NCBI GenBank assembly: GCA_050633305.1
Contig: JBOEGF010000032.1
Location: forward strand, 64,001 to 128,000
Direction of reading: 5' to 3'
Source: Nannocystales bacterium
GTDB taxonomy: Bacteria; Myxococcota_A; Polyangia; Nannocystales; Nannocystaceae
Length of the DNA stretch: 64,000 nt
Shown: in pieces, positions 28,506 through 37,207 of the stretch
How the letters are laid out: every line of letters begins with the position of its first letter
Numbering within the stretch: the stretch's first letter is position 1
Program-made: the position numbers and the translations under genes
Notes under the pieces: model-generated
The model's database searches: none
Told to the model about the DNA's origin: nothing
The model's input: the letters and a program-made list of their open reading frames with translations, nothing else

Positions 28506-29459
28506 GTGATCCCTCCAAGCGCCAACGGACCGCCGGCGCACGTCCTACTCGTCGATGACGAGCCGGTCGTCGCGCGAGAGCTGCGTGACCTCGTCCAGTC
28601 CTACGGCCATCGAGTGACGGCCTGCAACAGTTGGACCGAGGCCTTACGCGCCTTCGGAAAAGGAGACGTCGACCTCATCTTGATGGACGCCGTCATGCCC
28701 ACCGTTGACGGCTTCAAGCTCACCCGGATCATCCGGTCCCGAGCGAAGACCTACGTCCCCATCGTTTTTCTCACCGGCCTCGCCGACGACAAGGCGCGCG
28801 CCAACGGTATCGAAGCGGGCGGCGATGATTTCCTGACCAAGCCGATCGATCCGCTCGAGCTGCAGGTCCGCATCAAAGCGATGCTTCGGATCCGCTCGCT
28901 GACAAAGGCCCTCGAAGAGAAGTCGCGCACCCTGAGCCGACTTGTCGCGATGGATGCGTTGACGGGGATCGGAAACCGTCGGTCGTTTGACGAGCGAATG
29001 CAGACCGAACTGGGCGAGACGAGTGCTTCGAACGAATCGGTGTCGGTTCTGCTTCTCGACCTCGACCACTTCAAGTCGGTCAACGACACCTTTGGTCACA
29101 CGGTCGGTGACGACCTCCTTCGTGTGTTCGGTCGACTCCTCGCAGACAACACCCGCGCTCGTGACCTTCCGTATCGATACGGAGGAGAAGAGTTCGCGGT
29201 CGTCTGTCCCAGCTCGACGACCGATGACGCGTGCACCCTCGCGGAGCGCATTCGAGCCGCGTTCATGCGGATCAGTCCGCACGCGACTGCCGCAGGGGCC
29301 CGCACGTGTTCGATTGGCGTCGCGGGAACCGACATCTTGCCCGGAGCGACCAAGGAGGTCCTGCTGCAAGCCGCCGATGCGGCGCTGTACCGGGCCAAGG
29401 ACTCAGGGCGCAACTGCGTCTGTAAGTTCGACCCGATGTTCGACCAGAAGGTCGCCTAG
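28506..29459 (+). CDS. Response-regulator diguanylate cyclase (REC-GGDEF)
   Basis: REC ILMDAVMP; DALTGIGNRR, DLDHFKSVNDTFGH, RARD I-site, YGGEEF. Confidence 0.93.
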   Translation: MIPPSANGPPAHVLLVDDEPVVARELRDLVQSYGHRVTACNSWTEALRAFGKGDVDLILMDAVMPTVDGFKLTRIIRSRAKTYVPIVFLTGLADDKARANGIEAGGDDFLTKPIDPLELQVRIKAMLRIRSLTKALEEKSRTLSRLVAMDALTGIGNRRSFDERMQTELGETSASNESVSVLLLDLDHFKSVNDTFGHTVGDDLLRVFGRLLADNTRARDLPYRYGGEEFAVVCPSSTTDDACTLAERIRAAFMRISPHATAAGARTCSIGVAGTDILPGATKEVLLQAADAALYRAKDSGRNCVCKFDPMFDQKVA

Positions 29460-29467
29460 CACGGTGG

Positions 29468-29483
29468 CAGGACGCCCGTCCTG
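29468..29483. terminator. Short hairpin after the DGC stop
   Basis: CAGGACG-CC-CGTCCTG inverted repeat between convergent genes. Confidence 0.45.
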
Positions 29484-29494
29484 TTCCGCCCCAA

Positions 29495-29546
29495 CGTCAA
29501 CGTCGGGCGTCAACGTCGGGCGTCAACGTCGGTCGTCAACGTCGGG
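29495..29546. repeat. Intergenic tandem repeat, 4 x 13 bp CGTCAACGTCGG(G/T)
   Basis: Units start at 29495, 29508, 29521 and 29534. Confidence 0.92.
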
Positions 29547-29552
29547 CGCCGC

Positions 29553-30749
29553 CTAAAAGTCGTGTCGTGACCAGCCGTCGGCCTCTTGCGCGAACCAAAT
29601 TCCAGCGTGGACGGCGAGCCACTGCTCGGCGCGACGAGTCCCGGAGGTTCCGAGCAGGACGCGTTGGGCACCAGGCGCGGTGCGAGCCCGAGTCTGCACC
29701 ACCACCGTCGACCCTTCTTCGAGCCGACGAAGAATCCATCCGAGCACCAGGCTTGGATCTTCAAGTCTCACCGCGAACCGGCTGCCGGGTTCCAACTCGG
29801 CCGCCGCAAGCAGCACGCCATCGGGTGCGGGGTCGTCGATCAGCGCATAGTCCCCCTGGGGCAGCGCTGTCGCGAGGGCCTCCGCCCCGCCCTCTCCCTG
29901 AACGATGCACAGCGTCCCCATCGCGACATCCTCGGCAAACGCTTCCAGTGAGTCCCGAACCTCGAGCGGGCGAGGCTCATCGGAGTCATGGGATTCGTCC
30001 GAACGCGGCGGGACCACGAGCTCGGCGAGATCGATGCTGTCCTCGTCGTCCTGGACATCGACACCCAGATCGTTCGGGGCACGTGGGCCGGCCGGTTGCC
30101 CGCCACGTTGCCTGTCTTCGAGGTCATTTCCGCGCGACGAGATGTCGTGCGCGTCGACCAGGTTGGCCGGCTGCTCTCCGGTCGGAGTCCGAAGTTCGAA
30201 GTCCGATCCTTCTTCCCCATCCATCTGCTTTGACCAGCTTGGCTTCGATGGCGGAGGCGTTGGGGCTCGAGGTGGCGGTACCGGAGCTTCCGGGACACCG
30301 ATGTCCCACGCGGTGCGGCGCTTGGTCGGCCGGAGGATCGACTTCCCGGTGGACGGGACGGACGGCTGGCGGTCGGGCTCAGCCGTGTCGAGCTTGGGCA
30401 GGTCGAGTCCGCGAGTCGAGGGCACCGGACTCTCGGTCTCACCCGAGCCCGCAGCACCCACCCGTCCGCGAACGACGATGCCTTCGGGCGCAGGCTCGGC
30501 GAGGAGCGTCCAATGCTCGCTCCCAACGTCCACGCCAAATGAAACGACGTTGCCCAACGCGAGTTCGGCTTGCTGGTCAGGACCGAGCACCATCGACAGC
30601 GCATCGAACAGCTCTGACTCGGAGAGTGGGTCGCCCACCGTCACGGAACCGGCGTCCGTCTTCACCATCGGATGCTGGTCCGATTCAAGCGTGACCTCGG
30701 TTGCGCCGCGAAGGCTCGCCTCGTGCAGCACCTGGGGGAGGGAGGGCAT
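29553..30749 (-). CDS. Degenerate PilT/PilU-like protein with long disordered insert
   Basis: N-terminus LHEASLRGATEVTL...PMVK...LSESEL..L..VLGPDQQAEL resembles the PilT N-domain; C-terminus GTLCIVQGEGG / LIDDP / LEEGSTVVVQTRA resembles an ATPase core with catalytic motifs lost. Confidence 0.55.
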   Translation of the reverse strand: MPSLPQVLHEASLRGATEVTLESDQHPMVKTDAGSVTVGDPLSESELFDALSMVLGPDQQAELALGNVVSFGVDVGSEHWTLLAEPAPEGIVVRGRVGAAGSGETESPVPSTRGLDLPKLDTAEPDRQPSVPSTGKSILRPTKRRTAWDIGVPEAPVPPPRAPTPPPSKPSWSKQMDGEEGSDFELRTPTGEQPANLVDAHDISSRGNDLEDRQRGGQPAGPRAPNDLGVDVQDDEDSIDLAELVVPPRSDESHDSDEPRPLEVRDSLEAFAEDVAMGTLCIVQGEGGAEALATALPQGDYALIDDPAPDGVLLAAAELEPGSRFAVRLEDPSLVLGWILRRLEEGSTVVVQTRARTAPGAQRVLLGTSGTRRAEQWLAVHAGIWFAQEADGWSRHDF

Positions 30750-30918
30750 CCAAGCAGAATCTAACAGGCTCCTCGCCGTCGGGTTCGGCTTCCCGCTTTC
30801 GCGCGCAGAGCGCTCATCCGGCTGATCCTGACACAAGCGTTTCGTGTGACGTCCTAAACTCTGGGTGGCCGGCGTCCGATGGTCCCTGTGAAGCCCCCCT
30901 CGAGGAGTTCGACCACCC

Positions 30919-31500
30919 ATGATGCGCGCACTGACCCTGTGTTCCCTGCTCCTGTTACCCATGAGCGCCTGCGACGACGCAGCGTTCGATCTGGTCGAGT
31001 CGGCCGAGCGACCCTCGCCGATCCCGGATCCGCCAGATGCGTCGGTGCTCGACACCTGCGAGCTCTACTGCTCCGAGTACCGAGTCGCCTGTGGGAGCGA
31101 GCACTTTGGTTACGCCTCGCTCTCCGAGTGCGAGAGCTTGTGCGGGTACTGGGAGGCTGAGGAGGACTCGGACTGCCGTCTCGAGGCGCTCCACGAGATC
31201 GCAGGAGGCACCGTGAAATCCCTCGCAGAGACCTGCGCCGATGCCGGGCCCGACTCGGACACCTGTGGCTCGGCCTACGTGGTGACCTGCCCCCGCTACT
31301 GCGACGAGTTCCGCGCCACCTGCGGCGGCGAAGGCAGCTTCGACGACGCCTTCGAGTCCCGGGAGAAGTGCCTGGCGTGGTGTGACGGCGAGCCACTGCA
31401 CCGAGATGACGACTCGATCTCGTGCCGCCTGGGCGCGTTGGAGTCGGTCGCGGCACCACCCGACTGCGTGGCCGCCTCGCCGGACACCTCCTGTAAGTAG
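30919..31500 (+). CDS. Cys-rich lipoprotein with two internal repeats
   Basis: Lipobox MSAC; C..YC.E[YF]R..CG...C...C...CRL.AL occurs twice. Confidence 0.7.
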   Translation: MMRALTLCSLLLLPMSACDDAAFDLVESAERPSPIPDPPDASVLDTCELYCSEYRVACGSEHFGYASLSECESLCGYWEAEEDSDCRLEALHEIAGGTVKSLAETCADAGPDSDTCGSAYVVTCPRYCDEFRATCGGEGSFDDAFESREKCLAWCDGEPLHRDDDSISCRLGALESVAAPPDCVAASPDTSCK

Positions 31501-31551
31501 GCCGCAGCAAGCTCGGCCGCCCCCACGGAGCCGGTATAGTCCACCGACTCC

Positions 31552-33096
31552 GTGGAGTTTATCGAGCAGATCCCACGCTGGGTCCTCGAACTAGGATTCG
31601 TCGTCTACGCGGTGGCGGTCTCGGTCGTTGTCCTGCTGGAGCGTCGGCGTCCGACAGCCACGCTCGCGTTGGTCCTGTCGATGTTGTTCGTGCCGGTCCT
31701 CGGACTGCTGACCTATGCGTTCTTCTCGCAACGGAAGGTCCGACGAAAACGGAAGAACCGGCGGCGCCGCGTGATCGACCCGGTCGCCGGAACGGAGTCG
31801 CTGGCGACCCTGGACGCGCTCCCGCAGGGGCTGTCGGTCCACAAGCGCGGCTTGGTCCGCCTGGCCCTACACGCCACCGCTGCCCCGCTGCGGCGCGCCA
31901 GTGACGTCCGCCTCCTCATCACCGCGGACGACGCACGAGAGGCCGTGCTCGCAGCCATCGCCAGTGCGACCCGCTGCGTGCACGCGGAGTTCTACATCTG
32001 GCGCGACGACGATTCGGGCCGGGCGATCACCGCTGCGCTGGCCGACCGCGCACGAGCCGGAGTTCAAGTTCGCGTGTTGGTGGACCAGCTGGGCAGCTGG
32101 GGGCTCGACCGAGACCACTTCGGCGCATTGCTCGACGCTGGCGGCGAGGTCTCGGTGTTCGGGCCTGTGCGAGTCCCGATTCGCTTTGGCCGCTCTCGCG
32201 TCAACTTCCGCAACCACCGGAAGATCCTGACCGTCGACGGGTCCACCGGTTTCGTCGGTGGGCTCAACGTGGGAGACAAGTACTTCGGAAGCGGGTCCGA
32301 GGCGGACGGATGGCGTGATCTATTCGTTCAGCTTCACGGCGACGCCGTGCTCGGGCTCGAGGCCACGTTCCTCGACGACTGGCTGGTCACCACCGGGCAG
32401 GTCGTCGACCTTCAAGGGAAGCGACCCGAAGGAACGCAAGCCTTGGACGCTCGGGAACAGCTGGGCCAGTCCCCGCCGCGCAAGATCCTTGAAGAGGCCA
32501 ACCCGTTTCGGAAGACCGAAGCCCGCCCGATCCGCTCCGAGGGGCCCCTGACCCAGGTGATCCCCAGTGGCCCCGACCTCCCGGTCACCGGAGCGATCGC
32601 GGCCCAGTTTTCCGCAGCCATCGCGGCGGCCCACCAACGGGCCTTCATCGCGACACCGTACTTCGTCCCCGACGAGCCTCTGATGCTGATCCTTCGCACC
32701 GCGGCACTGCGCGGCGTCGACGTTCGCATCCTCGTGCCCAGCCCGGACAAGAACGACAGCCGGTTGGTGGCCTACGCGTCGCGGAGCTATTACGACGAGT
32801 TGTTGCAGGTCGGTTGCCGCATCTTCGAGTACGACGCCGGCATGTTGCACGCCAAGTACCTCATCGCAGACGATGTCTGCGCGATCGGGTCGGCGAACAT
32901 GGATGTGCGTAGCTTCCACATCAACTACGAGATCACGGCGATGTTCTACGACGCCAAGGTGACCGCGGACCTCGTCTCCGTCTACGAAGCGGATCTCACA
33001 GAGTCCACCGAGGTCCATCGTCGGGACCGGACCGAACCGAGCATCTGGGTCCAACTCCGCGAGAACTCCGCCCGGGTGCTTTCCCCGCTCCTGTAG
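31552..33096 (+). CDS. cls: Cardiolipin synthase
   Basis: Two N-terminal TMs; HKD motifs NHRKILTVD and LHAKYLIAD; TPYFVPD; GSANMD. Confidence 0.93.
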   Translation: MEFIEQIPRWVLELGFVVYAVAVSVVVLLERRRPTATLALVLSMLFVPVLGLLTYAFFSQRKVRRKRKNRRRRVIDPVAGTESLATLDALPQGLSVHKRGLVRLALHATAAPLRRASDVRLLITADDAREAVLAAIASATRCVHAEFYIWRDDDSGRAITAALADRARAGVQVRVLVDQLGSWGLDRDHFGALLDAGGEVSVFGPVRVPIRFGRSRVNFRNHRKILTVDGSTGFVGGLNVGDKYFGSGSEADGWRDLFVQLHGDAVLGLEATFLDDWLVTTGQVVDLQGKRPEGTQALDAREQLGQSPPRKILEEANPFRKTEARPIRSEGPLTQVIPSGPDLPVTGAIAAQFSAAIAAAHQRAFIATPYFVPDEPLMLILRTAALRGVDVRILVPSPDKNDSRLVAYASRSYYDELLQVGCRIFEYDAGMLHAKYLIADDVCAIGSANMDVRSFHINYEITAMFYDAKVTADLVSVYEADLTESTEVHRRDRTEPSIWVQLRENSARVLSPLL

Positions 33097-33098
33097 CC

Positions 33099-33653
33099 GT
33101 GCCCCGTTTTCCTTACTACGCGCGGCTGCGGCCCAAGCGGCAAGCGATCTACCGGAGGTCGGACGCGATCACCGAGGTCCCGCTGGGACCGCTCGCCGAC
33201 GAGCCCAAGACGGAAGCGATGCTGCGCGGCATCGAGGAGGGACTTACCCAAGATGACCGTCGCGGCGTGCAGCGAGAGACGGCCGCTCTCGTCCGGCACC
33301 TGTGCGATGAGCTCGAGGTCCCGCGCGTCGTGTTGCGGGTGTTGGCTCGCCGTCCGAGCGACGCCACGGCGGAGCTTCACGGACTGTACGAACGCGAGGA
33401 GGGCAAGCGCCCGATCATTCGAGTCTGGATGCGAACCGCGGCCCACGAGCGACCCGTCGCGTACCGGACCTTCGTCCGAGTGGCCATGCACGAGTTGTGT
33501 CACCACCTCGACTACGACAAGTACGCGCTCGACGACTCGATGCACACGCACGGGTTCTTCGCACGAGAGTCCTCGCTGGTCCGGCAGTTGCTCGGCGCCC
33601 CAGTCCCCGTGGAGGCTGAGGACGACCCTCAGCTCGGCTTGTTCGACGTCTGA
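33099..33653 (+). CDS. Wss1/SprT-like zinc metalloprotease
   Basis: LHGLY...IRVWMR...MHELCH...HTHGFF; C-terminal QLGLF. Confidence 0.65.
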   Translation: MPRFPYYARLRPKRQAIYRRSDAITEVPLGPLADEPKTEAMLRGIEEGLTQDDRRGVQRETAALVRHLCDELEVPRVVLRVLARRPSDATAELHGLYEREEGKRPIIRVWMRTAAHERPVAYRTFVRVAMHELCHHLDYDKYALDDSMHTHGFFARESSLVRQLLGAPVPVEAEDDPQLGLFDV

Positions 33654-34057
33654 CCGGGGGCCGGTCGAAGGACTGCCGCGGCGAGCAACGAGCTGAGCAT
33701 CAGCAAAGCGCCCGCAGGGACCAGCAGCACGACGGGACCGGGGTCGGTCGGCCCATGCCATACGGCCCCGCCCACGAAGCCGAACCCGACGAGCAGAGTT
33801 CCCAACCATGCCGCCAGCCGGATGCGTTTTGCCCACCCGGGGGGGGTCGCCAGGTGCTGCAACGCCCAGGCCAGAGCCACGTTGACCAACGCGAGCAGGC
33901 CTCCGTGCGCGTGCCCAAGGCGGAGGAACTCGCGCCGCAGCGCATCGTCGACGAGCGCGGGGACCCTCAGCCCCAGCATCACTTCCAGCCCCATCCCCAT
34001 CCCCAAGAACAGGGCGAGGCTCCACAGCGACGCCCGCAGGTGGGTCGAGGGGGACAT
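33629..34057 (-). CDS. Small 4-TM membrane protein with HAH motif (possible heme b binding)
   Basis: RREFLRLGHAHGGLLALVN; four hydrophobic segments. Confidence 0.65.
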   Translation of the reverse strand: MSPSTHLRASLWSLALFLGMGMGLEVMLGLRVPALVDDALRREFLRLGHAHGGLLALVNVALAWALQHLATPPGWAKRIRLAAWLGTLLVGFGFVGGAVWHGPTDPGPVVLLVPAGALLMLSSLLAAAVLRPAPGQTSNKPS

Positions 34058-34074
34058 CCGCGGAGTCTACCGTG

Positions 34075-35877
34075 TCATTCACCGATGGCGATCGCGACGT
34101 CGTCACGTTGACCAAGCAGCTGCAGCCACAGCTCAGACTGTGAAGCCACAACACTGGGGCCGAGCGTACGACGAAGCTCGTCCACCACCTCGATGCGCTC
34201 GGCCGCGTCCGCCATGAAGTCGTAGCGCCGCAGCGCCGCCTGCATCTCGCTCGTCCTGGCCATCGCGAGCAGACCTTGGTGCCCAAACCACCGCACTGCG
34301 GGGTAGTCGTCCTCGAGAGCATCCACCAGCGCCTGCATCCGTCGGGCACGAGACCCCACCGCCTCGGGGCGCGCGAGGGCATGAGCCGCCAGAGCGCGTT
34401 GGACCGGGTCGCCGCCGACGAGGTCCCGCTCCACCCGAGAGACATCAGACTCGGCAGACTCCGCAGACTCCGCAGACTCCGCGGCCAGCGTCCCCTGCAA
34501 CCCCAGCGAGGAAACCGAAGCCGCAGCCCAGCTCCGAGTCTGATCCACGTGGCACTGCGTACACGCATCGGGCATGTCATCGCGCCCCACCAGCGCCCCG
34601 GGGTCGGGCGAGGTGACCCGGTGGCTGATCATTCCTCGCAACAAGCCGTAGGTGACGCGGGGCATGTGGCAGTCCTGACATCCGACCGTCTCGTGCCCGC
34701 CGTGCCCGGCCAACGACGCGGGGTCGTGGCACGAACCCAGGCACGCCGCGTCGGTGTCCGCGCCCGCGCGAAGCTGCATCGACGGTTCTTCGCCGTGCAT
34801 CGTGTGACAGGTCCCGCACGACATCCCCTGCCCCTCGTCGTAACAAGGCGAGAGCAGCAGGCCTTGGTACTCGTACGCCGAGAGTCGGGGCGTTCCGTCA
34901 CGCCAAAACCGAGGTGCAAACGGGCGAGCGCCTGGTGGGTCGGAGGCGAGTCGACCCTCGGCCAGGATCGGGCGCGAAACCTCGCGCAACGGCATCCCGG
35001 GGATGAATCCGTCTCCGTGCGCCAACACCTCCGAGAGGTCCTTGCCGATGCGTTGCCCGTGACACCGTCCGCAGACTTCGCTGTGCCGATCGGGCGCGAG
35101 CCGCCCCGGATGGGTCACCGCTTGATCCCCCGGCTCACCAACCCCCGCCAGCACCCGGCGTAGCGGGTTGGATTGCCGAGCGAGGTGGGCCTGGGCCGGT
35201 CCGTGGCACGCCTCGCAGCCGATCCCCACCTCGCCCATCGTGGTGTCGAACGTACCGTCGTCACCCAACCCGGGCACCGGCTCGGTGTTGTGGCAGAACA
35301 CGCAGTTGTCGTTCCATCGGCTGAAATGCCGCAAGTAGGCCTGCGTATCCCCTTCGGCCAGATCGGGAAAGAGAAATGCCCCGCCGAGATGAATCCATCG
35401 TTGCGCTTGTGGGTGCCACGCAAACGGAAGCCGCCAACGTTCCAAGGCACCACCGCCACGGTCGAGTCGTGCGACGTATTGTTGGTAGCGATGCGTGCCG
35501 ACGGTCAGCTCGACATCGGTATCGAGGACCTCACGCCCATCCGATTCTCGGACAACCGACACATGCGGTCGCCCGGATGCGGCCGTGCTGAAGGTCGCAA
35601 CGAACCCTGCGACACGAAGCGTTTCCCCACCGAACGGTGCGAGGACGATCGCCTCATCCGCCGACACCGACTGCGTCATGGTGCGGTGATAGCTCGCGTG
35701 CCACGACGCATGCTGCTCGGGATGACACCGGCGGCATTGTTCGCTGCCCACCACCTCGCCGCGGGACTCGACGACGGACCATGCATCGTCATCGGCGAGC
35801 GTGGCTGCGACACCGATCGTGGCCGCCACGGTCCAAGCCAACGCGGGGCCGAACAGCAGCGCGGAGTCTGCTCTCAT
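34075..35877 (-). CDS. Multiheme c-type cytochrome (7 CxxCH + 1 CxxxCH) with HEAT-like C-terminus
   Basis: CRRCH, CVFCH, CEACH, CGRCH, CGTCH, CLGSCH, CQDCH, CTQCH; N-terminal hydrophobic segment. Confidence 0.88.
   Translation of the reverse strand: MRADSALLFGPALAWTVAATIGVAATLADDDAWSVVESRGEVVGSEQCRRCHPEQHASWHASYHRTMTQSVSADEAIVLAPFGGETLRVAGFVATFSTAASGRPHVSVVRESDGREVLDTDVELTVGTHRYQQYVARLDRGGGALERWRLPFAWHPQAQRWIHLGGAFLFPDLAEGDTQAYLRHFSRWNDNCVFCHNTEPVPGLGDDGTFDTTMGEVGIGCEACHGPAQAHLARQSNPLRRVLAGVGEPGDQAVTHPGRLAPDRHSEVCGRCHGQRIGKDLSEVLAHGDGFIPGMPLREVSRPILAEGRLASDPPGARPFAPRFWRDGTPRLSAYEYQGLLLSPCYDEGQGMSCGTCHTMHGEEPSMQLRAGADTDAACLGSCHDPASLAGHGGHETVGCQDCHMPRVTYGLLRGMISHRVTSPDPGALVGRDDMPDACTQCHVDQTRSWAAASVSSLGLQGTLAAESAESAESAESDVSRVERDLVGGDPVQRALAAHALARPEAVGSRARRMQALVDALEDDYPAVRWFGHQGLLAMARTSEMQAALRRYDFMADAAERIEVVDELRRTLGPSVVASQSELWLQLLGQRDDVAIAIGE
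34446..34482. repeat. 9-bp coding tandem repeat CAGACTC(C/G)G x4 (AES repeats)
   Basis: Directly visible. Confidence 0.8.
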
Positions 35878-37106
35878 CCCGGCAGCGTCCGAAGTGCGAT
35901 CTCTTGGTCGTAGAGCTTGAGCGTCGCAGCCCCCGCATCATTGCGCAGCGGCACCGGCACGCCCGGCGTCAGCTGGCGGCCCATGTACTGGCTTCCGTTC
36001 TGACTCTTCAGGTCGGCGACCCAGATCCGGCCCCGGTGCATGAAGATGCACGAGTGCAGTCGACTCATTCGCGGTGAGGGCACGATGAACTGACAGGCCT
36101 CGTGGCGCCCGAGCACCACGGGTCCACGCCGAATGTCGAACGTTTGCGGCGGGTGCCCGGCCAAGCACAACTCGACACGAGGGTGCATCAGCGGATCGAA
36201 GAGCATCTTGGCCTGCACCGGGGGCTCCCAGATTCCGTCGCGTCCGGCCGCCGTGTGGAACGCTTCGGCCATCTCCACCCCCGAGCTGAAGCGGTCCGAG
36301 GGGTTCTTGGCCATGGCGCGCCGCATGAACGCGTCAAGCGATGCAGCCCCATGAAAGCCTCGATCACCGCCGCCGCCGGAGCTCTCGATCGTCGAGCCGC
36401 GCCGAGGCGCGCGCACGGGGATCTGAAGTGGAGGGATTTCGGCCTCCATGTGTTGCTGCAACAACTCGGGCAAGCTTCGCCCGTCGTACGGCAGCCGGCC
36501 GGTGAGCAACTCGAAAGCGATCACGGCCAACGCGTACCGATCGGTCGCCGGGCCGACGTGTTTCGTATCTCGAAACTGCTCGGGGCTCATGTAATGAGGC
36601 GTCCCGAACACAGAGCCGGTCGCCGTCGCCGCTTCGTGGGCGAGCCACTTCGCGATCCCCAAGTCGATGATGACGGGCTCCCAACTTCCGCCCCCTGGGC
36701 GGAGCAAGACGTTGTCGGGCTTGAGGTCTCGATGCACCACGCCCAGTCCGTGCAGCTCGTCCAGCGCCTTTCCGACGCCGTCGATGAGCCGATGCACGCC
36801 CCATCCATCACCCTCCGAAATCGCGGTGGCGGGATTGACCCCGTCGACGAACTCCATCGTCATCCACGTCCGCCCGAAGTCGTCGCTGCCGAAGTCCTCG
36901 ACCTTGATCACGCCGTCGAACTCGGCGCCCGCCATCCGCTTCGCCTCGAGCTGAAATCGGGCACTAGCCTCGCTTCCCGTGTGAACCTCAGCCCGAAGCC
37001 ATTTGACGACGACGAGCCGTCTCGCGAAGACGTCGACACACAGGTGCACGTCCCCGACCGCCCCCTCGCCGAGCGGTCGGACCTTTCGGTGGGGGCATCC
37101 CGGCAC
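35874..37106 (-). CDS. Ser/Thr protein kinase with C-terminal FHA domain
   Basis: LGEGAVGDV, VVVK, HRDLKPDN, DLG, GTPHYMSPE; FHA LGRH...SRLH...DLKSQNGS. Confidence 0.92.
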   Translation of the reverse strand: MPGCPHRKVRPLGEGAVGDVHLCVDVFARRLVVVKWLRAEVHTGSEASARFQLEAKRMAGAEFDGVIKVEDFGSDDFGRTWMTMEFVDGVNPATAISEGDGWGVHRLIDGVGKALDELHGLGVVHRDLKPDNVLLRPGGGSWEPVIIDLGIAKWLAHEAATATGSVFGTPHYMSPEQFRDTKHVGPATDRYALAVIAFELLTGRLPYDGRSLPELLQQHMEAEIPPLQIPVRAPRRGSTIESSGGGGDRGFHGAASLDAFMRRAMAKNPSDRFSSGVEMAEAFHTAAGRDGIWEPPVQAKMLFDPLMHPRVELCLAGHPPQTFDIRRGPVVLGRHEACQFIVPSPRMSRLHSCIFMHRGRIWVADLKSQNGSQYMGRQLTPGVPVPLRNDAGAATLKLYDQEIALRTLPG

Positions 37107-37207
37107 GGTGTCAGACTACCAAGACCTCCGCCGAAACGGAGGTCTGCATTGGGCTCCTTCGACGCAGCGGGGCTCGCGCGCCCCTCGTGCGTCTTGGGAG
37201 CCGCGAC

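Noticed and set aside
29495..29546. Possible CRISPR array
   Set aside because: 13-bp units are directly abutting with no spacers, and no cas genes are present
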